32,000 nucleotides of DNA from an uncultured archaeon (GTDB lineage: Archaea; Iainarchaeota; Iainarchaeia; Iainarchaeales; JAAZKV01): positions 510,001-542,000 of the forward strand of contig CAZKBG010000001.1 of NCBI GenBank assembly GCA_964551375.1, in the 5' to 3' direction. The notes under the pieces were generated by a model. It was not told where the DNA came from, ran no database searches, and worked only from the letters and a program-made list of their open reading frames with translations. Within the stretch, counting starts at the first letter, position 1; the number at the start of each line of letters is the position of its first letter. A program made the position numbers and the translations under genes. This document shows, one piece after another, positions 1 through 9,338 of the stretch.

Positions 1-1
1 C

Positions 2-637
2 CCGCACGGATTCAAACTTGACTCAATATGCGAAGCCCTTGGAGAAAAAGAAGCCCTAAAACTTGTAAAAAAATACCAAACAGGAGCAGAGTACTATAAT
101 GGAATGCTTGCAAGCGCAAACCAACTATTGTTTGGCAGAAAAATAATAAAGAAATTTTATGGACTGCTTGATTTTATGGACCATAACAGAGCGACAAGCG
201 GGCTTAAAATAAACAAGCCAACCCACTGGACAAAATCAAAACTGGAAAAAATTGCCCTCCAAACAATTGAAAGAGTAAGACAGGGAATGCTTTTTGCGGA
301 AAAAGCAAAATTTATCACGGTCGGAAGCGATGCGCACTACCCAAGATCCATAGGAAGCTCGGTAATTGAGATGAAAAGAATGCCAAAAAATGAAAAAGAA
401 TTTCTAACAATGCTCAAAAACAAAGAAATTTTGTGGGCCGGGCCAAATATTCACTCGCACAATCCGGTTGACAGAGTGGGAAGAAAAGAAATTTTTGAAG
501 GATTAGTGTATTTAACCAAGAAAAAAATTTTAAAAAAGCCAAAAATAAGGATTGTGAAGAAAATTAGGCATAAAATCCTTCAGAGGAAAGGAATAAAAAG
601 AAGTAAAAAGATAAGTAAGAAGGCAAAAGGTCAATAA
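2..637 (+). CDS. PHP-domain / endonuclease-like protein, C-terminal part (5' truncated by window edge)
   Basis: The ORF 104..637 is open in frame back to base 2 (PHGFKLDSICEALGEKEALKLVKKYQTGAEYYNG...). It contains HNRATSGLKI and the GSDAHYPRSIG motif typical of PHP-type metal-dependent phosphoesterases. Confidence 0.6.
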   Translation, partial: PHGFKLDSICEALGEKEALKLVKKYQTGAEYYNGMLASANQLLFGRKIIKKFYGLLDFMDHNRATSGLKINKPTHWTKSKLEKIALQTIERVRQGMLFAEKAKFITVGSDAHYPRSIGSSVIEMKRMPKNEKEFLTMLKNKEILWAGPNIHSHNPVDRVGRKEIFEGLVYLTKKKILKKPKIRIVKKIRHKILQRKGIKRSKKISKKAKGQ

Positions 638-690
638 TTAGGACAAAAAATTGAAAGCTTTTGTTAAAAAAATAAAAAAAGGTTGGGAAA

Positions 691-1098
691 ATGAAGTACG
701 CGGTGACTGAGAGCACTAATGTTGAAAATATTCCTCGCGACACAACCGAAATTCATCTTGTAAGGCCAATTAAATGGGATAAAATCCAGACTCTTATTCA
801 AAAATGCCCAATAAAAATGATTACTCTATCCACTTCCTGCCTTAAGCGACTTCCAAGAAAGACGCAGAAGAGATTAAAGGAAAAAGGCGTGTCAATGGCA
901 ATAGAAAAAAGAAGAGGAAGGGCAATTGATATACCCATGGAGAAGATGCTTCAGATAATTGAGCTTAGAAAAGATTACCAGACTGTGCGAGAGATTGAAA
1001 AAATCACAGGAGTACCAAAATCAACAGTACACTATTTGATAAAATACGCTGACAGAGGAAAGATTAAGAAAGGGAATAATGTAGTTTATCTAAAATAG
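691..1098 (+). CDS. Small protein with C-terminal helix-turn-helix-like segment
   Basis: 135-aa ORF. The C-terminal 'MLQIIELRKDYQTVREIEKITGVPKSTVHYLIKYADRGKI' resembles an HTH of the resolvase/Hin type. Confidence 0.6.
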   Translation: MKYAVTESTNVENIPRDTTEIHLVRPIKWDKIQTLIQKCPIKMITLSTSCLKRLPRKTQKRLKEKGVSMAIEKRRGRAIDIPMEKMLQIIELRKDYQTVREIEKITGVPKSTVHYLIKYADRGKIKKGNNVVYLK

Positions 1099-1193
1099 CC
1101 AAATAAAACAGCAAAAACAGCCTGATTTTAAATAAAAATTAAAAAAATAATCTCCTGAAAAGGAATTAATACCCAAAAAGCACCTAATTTATC

Positions 1194-2309
1194 ATGGCGC
1201 TTGATGCAAAAACACTTGCTTACGTAAAAACAGCCAAGAGAATTGAGAAAGAATTTGGCGTAAAAGCATGCGTTATAAGAAAAAATGAAAAAAGCATGAT
1301 TCCTTGGATTACAAGCTCTGAAGGATTTGCAATTTATATTATCGCAGGACAGGAAAAAAGGGAAATTGTTGAAAAGATACACCAAAAATATCAAATGAGC
1401 GGGGTAATGGTGCAGCACATGTACCCTGTGGAAGAAATGCTCAAAATAATAAGAGCAAATCCAGCCAGAATACGAAACGAACTTGGGGGAATGGGCTTCT
1501 TAGTTCCTTTCTTTTTCAATGAAGAAGTTTACGGCAAATACTCCGCGGAGTTCACTGAAAAATTCAAAGCGGAATTTGGACCTCAACTCAACAGGGAAAT
1601 AAACGCACGGCTTGAAAGACTTGCGCAGTCGGAAAAGCGAAGCGTAGAACAATATAATGCATTCATGAGAAGAGTAAAAGAAAGAGAAAAAAGGCTTGTA
1701 GGGCCGATTGAAGAAAGAGACTTAAGCAGACAAATGAAGGAAATGGCTGAACACATAAACAAAAAGAAAGGAAAAGTGCTCATTGTTCTTGACAAATCAG
1801 GAAGGCCGCTTGGAATACCATTAAAGAAAATTCTTAGAGAAGCATACAAGCGGGATGTGAAGGTATTTTTCCTCGACCCAAAAAAAGCACGTGTGGCAGG
1901 AATTGAAAAACTAACCCTTGCAAGCGAAAGCGCAAAAACTCTTGCAAAAGAGCACCCTTATTTAGTAAAAGCTGTAAGAAACAAGCAAGTAATGCTTGTG
2001 GATGACCAAATCTGGCAGGGAAAAGCCCTTACTTCAGTCGCGGAATTGTTAAAACCATTCAAGCCAAAAGGAATTGACGCCACTTATTTATCCGCATATC
2101 CAACCGAACCCCAGCCAAGCTGGAGATCGCACCAGATGCACCACATAAGAGAGCCAGAAAATGCAGGACGCGAGTTTGTTTCAAAACAAGCAGAGCTAAG
2201 CGCTTATGAAAGGACAAGATTAAACAAAATGAGAGCAAGATTAAACCGAGCCGCAGAGAATGCGGTAAAAAGAATTGCGAAAAATAAAACAAAAATTAGA
2301 AAACGCTAA
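1194..2309 (+). CDS. Phosphoribosyltransferase-like protein with long N-terminal region
   Basis: 371-aa ORF. 'KQVMLVDDQIWQGKALTSVAELL' matches the PRPP-binding loop pattern (hydrophobic x4-D-D-x-x-x-x-G-x-x-x). The rest is unrecognised. Confidence 0.55.
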   Translation: MALDAKTLAYVKTAKRIEKEFGVKACVIRKNEKSMIPWITSSEGFAIYIIAGQEKREIVEKIHQKYQMSGVMVQHMYPVEEMLKIIRANPARIRNELGGMGFLVPFFFNEEVYGKYSAEFTEKFKAEFGPQLNREINARLERLAQSEKRSVEQYNAFMRRVKEREKRLVGPIEERDLSRQMKEMAEHINKKKGKVLIVLDKSGRPLGIPLKKILREAYKRDVKVFFLDPKKARVAGIEKLTLASESAKTLAKEHPYLVKAVRNKQVMLVDDQIWQGKALTSVAELLKPFKPKGIDATYLSAYPTEPQPSWRSHQMHHIREPENAGREFVSKQAELSAYERTRLNKMRARLNRAAENAVKRIAKNKTKIRKR

Positions 2310-3322
2310 AGTTTTTTATTTAAAATCCAAAGAGCGGACTGCATTATTGATTCAATTGTCTGCTTTCCCTTCCACTGCGCGGCTCCTGAATGCCCGCCCA
2401 CTTCCCCGCCGACCTGCTTTTGAAGAGGAATCATCAAATCATTCATTAAATTAAAATTATTTTTATCCTTAAACTCGGTTTCAGCCCTTGCTGAAAGAGT
2501 GGTAATGCTTCCTTCTTTTTCCTGCCCGGCTACAAGAGAAATATCCGCCCCAAAACCCAATAATTTTGTCGCAGCAGGACCCTGAAAAAAAGAAACAACG
2601 CTTGTCACAACTATTGCACCCCCCACTTTTTGTATTTCAGAACGCTGAGCGGCTTTAAGAAAGGCAATTCTTTCATCATCTTTTAAATTATGCTTTGAGA
2701 ACTCCAGCACTTCGGCATAAGTCCTTCCTGACTTTTTTAATGAATTTGCAAAAGAAGCAAATGAATCGGAGTCTCCAACCAAAAAATGCCCTGTGTCTTC
2801 AACTATGCCAATGCAATTCCAAAAATGGGGCTGTTTATCATCAAACTTGTCCAACAATTTGAGCAATAACTCTGTTGTGGACACAGCGTCTTCATTAATG
2901 AAAGCATTTTGTCCTTTTACAATGCTGTCTTTCTCAATCACATGATGGTCAAAAGCAAATACTTTAGGCGCAAGGCAAATCTTAACCCCGCAGTATCCTT
3001 TTTGCACTTCTTCAAAACTCTTCCTCAACTTCCCAAGCTGCTCAAAAGAGTTAAAGTCAAACAAAATAATTACTCCAAATGCGCACAAATCAGGATTTAC
3101 TTGAAATGAAATCTTTTCCTTAAAACAAAAAGATTGCGCCTGCTCATTTATGTGCGAAGGAATCCCGACAACTGAAGAAATCCCCTGCTTTTTCAAATAC
3201 TTTTGAAAAATTGCCGCAGAGCAGACAGCATCAAGATCAGCGTTATCATGCGCAAGAAGAAGAACATCTTTGCCTTTGCAGGCAGAAATAAGATTAGCAA
3301 TCTGAGTAACTGGCTTAGCCAT
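2306..3322 (-). CDS. DHH-family phosphoesterase (RecJ-like / bifunctional oligoribonuclease-like)
   Basis: 'LLLAHDNADLDAVCSAAIF', 'IILFDF', 'VFAFDHHVIEKDS', and C-terminal DHHA1-like 'VGGEVGGHSGAAQWKG'. The first ORF-track codon is at 3379, but Met20 (MAKPVTQ...) is the more likely start. Confidence 0.85.
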   Translation of the reverse strand: MAKPVTQIANLISACKGKDVLLLAHDNADLDAVCSAAIFQKYLKKQGISSVVGIPSHINEQAQSFCFKEKISFQVNPDLCAFGVIILFDFNSFEQLGKLRKSFEEVQKGYCGVKICLAPKVFAFDHHVIEKDSIVKGQNAFINEDAVSTTELLLKLLDKFDDKQPHFWNCIGIVEDTGHFLVGDSDSFASFANSLKKSGRTYAEVLEFSKHNLKDDERIAFLKAAQRSEIQKVGGAIVVTSVVSFFQGPAATKLLGFGADISLVAGQEKEGSITTLSARAETEFKDKNNFNLMNDLMIPLQKQVGGEVGGHSGAAQWKGKQTIESIMQSALWILNKKL

Positions 3323-3403
3323 GCATAAGAAATGCATTTGAATAATAAAAATGCTTGCCCCACTTATCGGCGCAAGCAAAATGAGATTAATTACTATTTA
3401 TTT

Positions 3404-3796
3404 TTACTTTTTTTTCTTCTCAATAACAGTTGTCTTATCAGCAACAGGAGCCTTTTCTTTTTCAGTCTTCATTTCAGCTTCAAGCTTTGCCTGAATTGCC
3501 TTAAGTTTCTTTACTGAATTCTCTTCCTGCTTTTCAAGAGTCTTAAGTCTAAGATCAGTGCTTTCTTTTTTAGTCTCAAGTTCAGCCTGCATTTCTTTAG
3601 CGTCTTTAGGAAACAAAACATTCCCAACAACCTTATACACAGTCTTTTCCTTTACTTTTGTCAGTTCTTCAAGCGAAGCATTGACAAGTTCAAGCTGCAG
3701 CGAAACCTGCTGTTTTTGAGCGCTGATATTTGCCAGCATCTGCCTGTTCCTCTCAAATTCCAAAATTGCAGCTCTCTGTTCATCCTCATTCATCAA
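3404..3796 (-). CDS. pfdB: Prefoldin subunit beta
   Basis: Coiled-coil protein with central 'VYKVVGNVLF' (prefoldin beta hallmark). It sits next to Pcc1-like and RpoP genes, as in many archaea. Confidence 0.85.
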   Translation of the reverse strand: MMNEDEQRAAILEFERNRQMLANISAQKQQVSLQLELVNASLEELTKVKEKTVYKVVGNVLFPKDAKEMQAELETKKESTDLRLKTLEKQEENSVKKLKAIQAKLEAEMKTEKEKAPVADKTTVIEKKKK

Positions 3797-4026
3797 AACT
3801 CCTCCAACTGATTAAATAAAACTAACGGCTTAAGTAAAGCATTAAGCGAAGCCCTTAAAGCAGTTTTGTCCTGCGCGCTAATCTTAATATCAAGCAAAGA
3901 ATCCCGCTGTGAAACAACCGTTTTGCTTCTTAAGAACTCTTCCTCAACTTCAGGCTTAATAGACTTAAAAAAACGCAGAGCCTGACTCTTTGAATCAAAC
4001 CCAAGCTTTAATTCAAGCAAAAACAT
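3793..4026 (-). CDS. KEOPS subunit Pcc1-like protein
   Basis: 77-aa protein with 'SKTVVSQRDSLLDIKISAQDKTALRASLNALLKPLVLF' (Pcc1-like 'R.s.Nsllk'). It overlaps pfdB by 4 nt and has conserved synteny. Confidence 0.65.
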   Translation of the reverse strand: MFLLELKLGFDSKSQALRFFKSIKPEVEEEFLRSKTVVSQRDSLLDIKISAQDKTALRASLNALLKPLVLFNQLEEF

Positions 4027-4061
4027 AAAAATAAAATCAAAAACAGGCAGGCGATTTAGAA

Positions 4062-4196
4062 TTATTCAGCCTTAACAGTCTTTGAAATTGGTTCGCGAGT
4101 CTTGTAAAGAATCCTATAACCGCAAGAAGGGCATCTAACTAGACCTTCAGCAACATTAGTAACTTCAGTTCCGCACTTTGCGCATCTATAAGCCAT
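4062..4196 (-). CDS. rpoP: DNA-directed RNA polymerase subunit P (Rpb12-like)
   Basis: Manual translation gives MAYRCAKCGTEVTNVAEGLVRCPSCGYRILYKTREPISKTVKAE*, with two CxxC pairs and the 'RCPxCGYRIL' signature. It is too short to be in the ORF track. Confidence 0.95.
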   Translation of the reverse strand: MAYRCAKCGTEVTNVAEGLVRCPSCGYRILYKTREPISKTVKAE

Positions 4197-4208
4197 TTAT
4201 TCAACCCC

Positions 4209-4694
4209 TTATTCGCTTTCCTCAGCGTTTTCTTCAGCACTTTCTTCCACAGCTTCTTCAACAGCCTCTGTCGCAGCTTCTTTTACTTCAGCCTTTTTCT
4301 TCTTTGGCTTTCTTCTCGGCTGTTCTTCTTCAACAGGAGCCTTTTCAGCTAAAGCAGCTTCAACTTCTCTTTCAATATCAGAGTAAGATGACTTTTCTTC
4401 AATAGCTGTAACCAATTCCTTTGAATTTTCAATGAATGATTTCTGTGAAACCATTTTGTTAATAGATTTGCCAACAAGAGTCTGAGTCTCGTAAGCTCCG
4501 CCTGTAAATTTATTACCGCATTTATTGCAATAAAATAAACCAGCAGCTTCTCTTTGAAGTTTTTCAAAACCGCAAAACGGACAAGGCACTTTAGCCTTCA
4601 TCTTATTTTCAACTTCAAGAACTCTCTTCTTTACTCCAACACCGTATCTTCCTTTGAATCTGCCTGTGCTTCCAACTTTCTTTGTGCTGCCCAT
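4209..4694 (-). CDS. rpl37ae: 50S ribosomal protein L37Ae with long charged C-terminal extension
   Basis: 'STKKVGSTGRFKGRYGVGVKKRV...CPFCGFEKLQREAAGLFYCNKCGNKFTGGAY' is the L37Ae zinc-ribbon. It is followed by about 90 extra residues ending in an E/A-rich tail. Confidence 0.9.
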   Translation of the reverse strand: MGSTKKVGSTGRFKGRYGVGVKKRVLEVENKMKAKVPCPFCGFEKLQREAAGLFYCNKCGNKFTGGAYETQTLVGKSINKMVSQKSFIENSKELVTAIEEKSSYSDIEREVEAALAEKAPVEEEQPRRKPKKKKAEVKEAATEAVEEAVEESAEENAEESE

Positions 4695-4885
4695 TTACGC
4701 TCACCAATAAACAAAATCCCCATAGGAAAGGTTTTTAAACTTGAATTGGAGGTTCCCAAAAAAACTGCCAAAATATCAATAAAACCCTAATAATCGGCTA
4801 AAATAGCCCATTTAATCAATATAAAAAATCATCAAAAAAATAGAAAAAATGGAAAAGGATTTCTCCCCCTCCACTTTAATTAACT

Positions 4886-5683
4886 TTACTTCTTAACCAA
4901 TTTTAGAATTTTCTTTCTCTTCTCGTCGTTGATTTTGTACGCAAGGTCAATCATGTAGTTTACTTCCTCGATTGTGAAAGCGCCAGCGCCTTTCTGCATT
5001 GCGCTCATGAAGTTGTCTTCAGTTGTCGCAACTGAAAATCTTGCTTCGCTTGCTTTTTCCTCAACGTAAGTAGGATCAACCATAATTTTTCCGCCAACTT
5101 TAACAAAAGTTGTAAGAAGAGGCAGTCTCTTTAGTTCAAGTTTGCCGTCATATTCGCCCTTAATTATTTTATTTTTGTCATTAAGCTTTGGTTTCTTAGC
5201 GTTCATGAAAGCTACAAGCCCCGCAATTGAGCCGGCATCAAACAAGTTGCCGTCAGCGTTGATTGCATAAAAATCCATGAAAGCAATCCAAACAGCTTCC
5301 CCTTCTTTTATGCAAAGACTAGCAAAATCTATTGCCTTGCTTTCTCTGATTCCTCTGTCAACAACTCTTGCAACCTCAATTTCATCAAGTGATGGAGGGC
5401 CTGACTCGTATTCAGAGTGAGACAATGGCAAAAGTTCTGCGCCTACCGAAATTGCTCCTTCGTCAGGAGAATCAGGGTACGGTTTATCAACACCCATTTT
5501 TATTCCTGCAATAACTTCAGTCTGACCTAAAAGAACTCTTGCGCTTCCTTCAGCGTTCTCGTACTTATCAACTTCAATTGAGAAGTCTCTGATTTCTTCA
5601 AGTCCTCTTCCGTCAAGTCTTTTATCCTGTCTTGCAAGGTCAACTATTTTTGATAGTTCATGTTCAAGTATAGTAGTTCTCAT
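4886..5683 (-). CDS. rrp42: Exosome complex subunit Rrp42 (RNase PH-like)
   Basis: 'DKRLDGRGLEEIRDFSIEVDKYENAEGSARVLLGQTEVIAGIK' and 'PDEGAISVGAELLPL' are RNase PH fold signatures. Gene order is rrp4-rrp41-rrp42. Confidence 0.93.
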   Translation of the reverse strand: MRTTILEHELSKIVDLARQDKRLDGRGLEEIRDFSIEVDKYENAEGSARVLLGQTEVIAGIKMGVDKPYPDSPDEGAISVGAELLPLSHSEYESGPPSLDEIEVARVVDRGIRESKAIDFASLCIKEGEAVWIAFMDFYAINADGNLFDAGSIAGLVAFMNAKKPKLNDKNKIIKGEYDGKLELKRLPLLTTFVKVGGKIMVDPTYVEEKASEARFSVATTEDNFMSAMQKGAGAFTIEEVNYMIDLAYKINDEKRKKILKLVKK

Positions 5684-6519
5684 TTTTTCACCTTCTTTGC
5701 TTTAACTTCTTTAGCTTCCTTTTTGCTTGCCGCCTTTGGAGCTTTCTCTTCAGACTTTTCCATTACGCCAGCTTCAACAGCTTTTTCAGAAACTTCGTTA
5801 AGAACGAATTTTTCTTTCAAGGCATTCTTCTGAACTTCGTATATGTCAGCGCATGCTTTCTGAGCTAATGGAATAATTCTAGTCCATTCATCTCTTGTCA
5901 AAAGACCATCCATCTGGAGCAGAACTACCTGCCCTGAGTTAGGCATTATTCCGATTGGAATATCAACTGCATCAGGAGCGTCTTCTTCGTGCTTGTCAAG
6001 ATCTACAACCAAATCGTTGAATGCTTTTCCAACACCAGTAGCCGCAACTAAATCCTTCATAGGGATTCCAGCATCAGCTAAAGCGCATGAAGCAGCTGTT
6101 AGGCATGCAACTCTTGAGCCCGCCTGCGAATCAACAACTTCCACGTAAACGCTGATTTCAGTGTTAGGGAATTGCTCAGTGAAAACAACCTGCTCTAAAG
6201 CTTCTGTTAACACTTTTGATATTTCCATATCTCTTCTATTTGGTCTTGGCTGTTTTCTTTCAGGAACCGAGAATGTTGTCATTCTATAAGTTACTTTCAT
6301 AACAGCTTTGAGCGCGTTTTGAGTGTGCTTAGGCAGAGCTTCTCTTGGCCCGTATACCGCAGCATAAACTTTATTCTGCCCCCATTCAAGGTAAGCGGAG
6401 CCGTCAGCGTTAGGCAACACACCAACTTTGATGCTCATCGGCCTTAACTGATCCATTTTTCTTCCGTCAACCCTCTTCTTGTCTTTCTTATAATCCGGTA
6501 TTTTTTCTTCAGTCATCAT
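5680..6519 (-). CDS. rrp41: Exosome complex exonuclease Rrp41
   Basis: 'KRVDGRKMDQLRPMSIKVGVLPNADGSAYLEWGQNKVYAAVYGPRE' and 'CLTAASCALADAGIPMKDLVAATGVGK'. ATG at 6519 (or 6516) follows a GGTG ribosome-binding site. It has a Lys/Ala-rich tail. Confidence 0.95.
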   Translation of the reverse strand: MMTEEKIPDYKKDKKRVDGRKMDQLRPMSIKVGVLPNADGSAYLEWGQNKVYAAVYGPREALPKHTQNALKAVMKVTYRMTTFSVPERKQPRPNRRDMEISKVLTEALEQVVFTEQFPNTEISVYVEVVDSQAGSRVACLTAASCALADAGIPMKDLVAATGVGKAFNDLVVDLDKHEEDAPDAVDIPIGIMPNSGQVVLLQMDGLLTRDEWTRIIPLAQKACADIYEVQKNALKEKFVLNEVSEKAVEAGVMEKSEEKAPKAASKKEAKEVKAKKVKK

Positions 6520-6538
6520 ATTCACCTTTCAATAAGTT

Positions 6539-7270
6539 TTAGTTTAAAACTTCTGACTCCTCTTCGTTTGAAATTACTTCAGACTCATTTTGAGCCTCTT
6601 CGCCTGCCATTGGCTTGTTTTTGAAACCGTTTTGGTCTTCTTTCTTTATTACAGAAACTTCAATTCCTTCAGCCTTAAAGAAAGCTTCAACTGAATTAGT
6701 CAAATTGCTTTTGTAAGAATTCTGGTTGATGAAACTAACAACTTTTCTTAAAAGTTCAGTGTTTCCGTTTCTTGCCCAAACTCTTCCGTTCTTTCCAATG
6801 ATTATATCGCACTTAGTTCCCTGTTTCAATAAATCAAGCATTGAGCCGTTCTTTCCGATTAATCTTGGAGTTCTAACAGGAGTCACTTCTACAACCTCTC
6901 CGCCGAACATTTTTCTCGGAAATCCAAGCTCTGCTTCTCTTAATTCGCTAACGTAAGTAACTTTAGCCGAAACCAGGTCCCCTACTTTCATTTCTTCTCT
7001 CATAACGCTTCTTGGTATGAAAGACTCAACAAACGAGTTGATGTTGACATTATATCCCGCAAATATTGCGCGCGACACAACCCCAATTACCACATCTTCC
7101 ATCTGAGGGAAATATTTTCCTTCAAGCGGAACAACGCTTGCTTTCTCATCTTCGCTGTCATTTATTCCAAGAACTTTGGAATATATTTTGCCGTTCGCAA
7201 CAAAAACATTGCTGCCAAGGCGCTTTCTTTCGTCCGAGACTAATTCTCCCGGAATTACAATTCTCTTCAT
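6539..7270 (-). CDS. rrp4: Exosome complex RNA-binding subunit Rrp4 (S1/KH)
   Basis: 'VIPGELVSDERKRLGSNVFVANGKIYSKVLGI', S1-like domain, then KH 'VVEVTPVRTPRLIGKNGSMLDLLKQGTKCDIIIGKNGRVW'. Confidence 0.95.
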   Translation of the reverse strand: MKRIVIPGELVSDERKRLGSNVFVANGKIYSKVLGINDSEDEKASVVPLEGKYFPQMEDVVIGVVSRAIFAGYNVNINSFVESFIPRSVMREEMKVGDLVSAKVTYVSELREAELGFPRKMFGGEVVEVTPVRTPRLIGKNGSMLDLLKQGTKCDIIIGKNGRVWARNGNTELLRKVVSFINQNSYKSNLTNSVEAFFKAEGIEVSVIKKEDQNGFKNKPMAGEEAQNESEVISNEEESEVLN

Positions 7271-7319
7271 TCATTCACCTTCGTCAAAAATAATTCAAAA
7301 CTAAAAAGCGCTCATTCTA

Positions 7320-8030
7320 TTATTCTATTCCGCCAGAAGTTCCGAGTATTTTAATTATAATTTCGCCATGAGTCGCAGAGTTTAATTCATTTAGCAAATC
7401 CTGCTTTGCTCCGCTTGGAAGCAAAAATTCCGCGGCGAGGCTTCCATCCTTGAGCCACTCTTCTTTTTTCATTTCATATTTATGAATAATAGAACTTGCA
7501 CGTCCTGCGTACTGCGCGGGAACTTTAACAGCAAAATCAATCTTCTCCATTGAAATCGGAAGAATATGCCGAATTGCTTTTACGATTTCAGGAACCTGCT
7601 CATCCACTCCCTTAAACGGATCAACATGAACTTTCGCCTGCTCCATTGCGTTTTCAATTCTCACAACTGGATGAGGAGCTTTGTTCTGCGGATTAATCGA
7701 GTTTCTTGAAATAAAATTAACAACTTCCACTCTTCTCTTTTCATGAAGCCTTCTTCTCTGCTCTGTTGTAAGCTGAACATCCCCTTCACGGATAATTTTT
7801 ACAACAATACTTGCAAGGTCTTCAGTTTGAAAACTTTTCTTTAAATTCTCAGGGCTCTGCTCGTCCCCGATTTTAGAATCCTTAAAAACTCTCTCAATCG
7901 CCATCAGCGAATCAAGAGGAATGCTTTTTCCGTGCTTTACTTCCATAGCCAAATTTGGCTCAACAAGTATCTCAAATTTATGCCCAAATCTCTCAAGTCT
8001 CGCTACAACAGCATCTTCTACTCGTACCAT
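7320..8030 (-). CDS. sdo1: Ribosome maturation protein SBDS/SDO1 homolog
   Basis: 'VVARLERFGHKFEILVEPNLA...FKDSKIGDEQSPENLKKSFQTEDLASIVVKIIREGDVQLTTEQRRRLHEKRR' is characteristic of SBDS. Confidence 0.96.
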   Translation of the reverse strand: MVRVEDAVVARLERFGHKFEILVEPNLAMEVKHGKSIPLDSLMAIERVFKDSKIGDEQSPENLKKSFQTEDLASIVVKIIREGDVQLTTEQRRRLHEKRRVEVVNFISRNSINPQNKAPHPVVRIENAMEQAKVHVDPFKGVDEQVPEIVKAIRHILPISMEKIDFAVKVPAQYAGRASSIIHKYEMKKEEWLKDGSLAAEFLLPSGAKQDLLNELNSATHGEIIIKILGTSGGIE

Positions 8031-8119
8031 CTAACAACCCCATTTAGTGCTGTTAACTAGCCCCCGCTTTTTTTGTATTTCCCTCACGGGAGCAAATTAA
8101 GTCAATTAATATAAATTAA

Positions 8120-8842
8120 TTAATTCTTGAAAGCCTGCTTTAGTTCCTTATCGCTAAGGTGCCTAAATCCTTTCTTATCAACTACAGCAAACTCAATTCT
8201 TGCCATAGAGATTTTTTCTTTTTCAGGCATGCTTTTTTCAATAGCCTTGTAAGCCAAATTAATTGCGTCGGTTAAATTCAAGCCTTCCTTGAATTCTTTT
8301 TCAAAAACTTCCATTGCTTTTTCTTTATTTCTTCCAATGCTAACAGCCTTGTACTCAGCAAGCGCTCCGCTTGGCTCGGTTTCAAAAATCTTAGGCCCTT
8401 TCTCGTCCACTCCGCCGATAATAAAAGCAACTCCAAACGGCCTTAGTCCGCCGTATTGAGTAAATGCCTGCTTTGTTTCAGCAATCTCTTTAGCCATTAC
8501 TTCAACTTGAATGTCTTCAGAATAAACCATCTTATTGTCCTGCGCTTGTCTTCTTGCAATGCCAACTAATCTTCTCGCATCTCCTACAAGTCCTGCAGAA
8601 ACAACAGCAATATTGCCGTCAATTTTAAAGATTTTTTCAATAGATTCAGGAATTACTAATTTGCTCTGAATACTTTTATCAGCAGCTAAAACTACCCCTT
8701 CAGCATAAGTTATTCCAACGCCTGTTGTGCCCTGCTCAACAATCTTTGAAGCATATTCTACCTGGTATAATCTGCCGTCAGGAGAAAACATTGTAGCTGC
8801 CTTGTCATAGGCAGGAACCTTTGAATTTTGAACTGGATACAT
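8120..8842 (-). CDS. psmA: 20S proteasome alpha subunit
   Basis: 'YDKAATMFSPDGRLYQVEYASKIVEQGTTGVGI', 'LAADKSI', 'YGGLRPFGVAFIIGGVD'. Confidence 0.97.
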   Translation of the reverse strand: MYPVQNSKVPAYDKAATMFSPDGRLYQVEYASKIVEQGTTGVGITYAEGVVLAADKSIQSKLVIPESIEKIFKIDGNIAVVSAGLVGDARRLVGIARRQAQDNKMVYSEDIQVEVMAKEIAETKQAFTQYGGLRPFGVAFIIGGVDEKGPKIFETEPSGALAEYKAVSIGRNKEKAMEVFEKEFKEGLNLTDAINLAYKAIEKSMPEKEKISMARIEFAVVDKKGFRHLSDKELKQAFKN

Positions 8843-9043
8843 AAAACAACCCCCGAAATCTTGCTTAAACTATAAATGCAAAAACTACATTACTCCTATA
8901 TCCTATCCCTTAAAAAGAAATCGTTAGTGCGTTAAAACGCACCTATTTGCTTTCCCTGTACAATATACTTAGTTTAAAGAATGTTTAAAAACCTGCTTTG
9001 AGAGGACTGCCCGCCAAAATGAGCAGGATATTTGAAAGAGAAC

Positions 9044-9205
9044 TTACCTTTTTCGCTTTCTTCCCCAAAGCCTTCTCATGGCCGCGCTGACATTATTTCC
9101 GACTACTTTAACACTAGCCCCAGGATTTGCCCTTTTACTTTTCCCAAGCGGACCCCTTATTGTAGTAGCCTTAAAACCAGTTGCCTTAAACTTCGGACGA
9201 GCCAT
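9044..9205 (-). CDS. Small basic protein (53 aa), unrecognised, candidate ribosomal or nucleic-acid-binding protein
   Basis: Manual translation gives MARPKFKATGFKATTIRGPLGKSKRANPGASVKVVGNNVSAAMRRLWGRKRKR*. It is co-oriented with psmA inside the ribosomal/exosome superoperon and is absent from the ORF track because of its length. Confidence 0.65.
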   Translation of the reverse strand: MARPKFKATGFKATTIRGPLGKSKRANPGASVKVVGNNVSAAMRRLWGRKRKR

Positions 9206-9338
9206 TAAAAAAACACCTTACAAAACTACTTCACTTGTTATATTTAAACTAATTTAAAACAAATTTAATCATTCAAGTAAATTAACGCGTGTTTTACCCA
9301 CAATTAGAATTATAAATAACCGAAGCAGAGTTATTGAT

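Noticed and set aside
8080-8091. TCCC-GTGA-GGGA mini hairpin (minus strand) in the psmA/SBDS gap
   Set aside because: A 4-bp stem is too short to support a regulatory claim, although the loop is GNRA-type.
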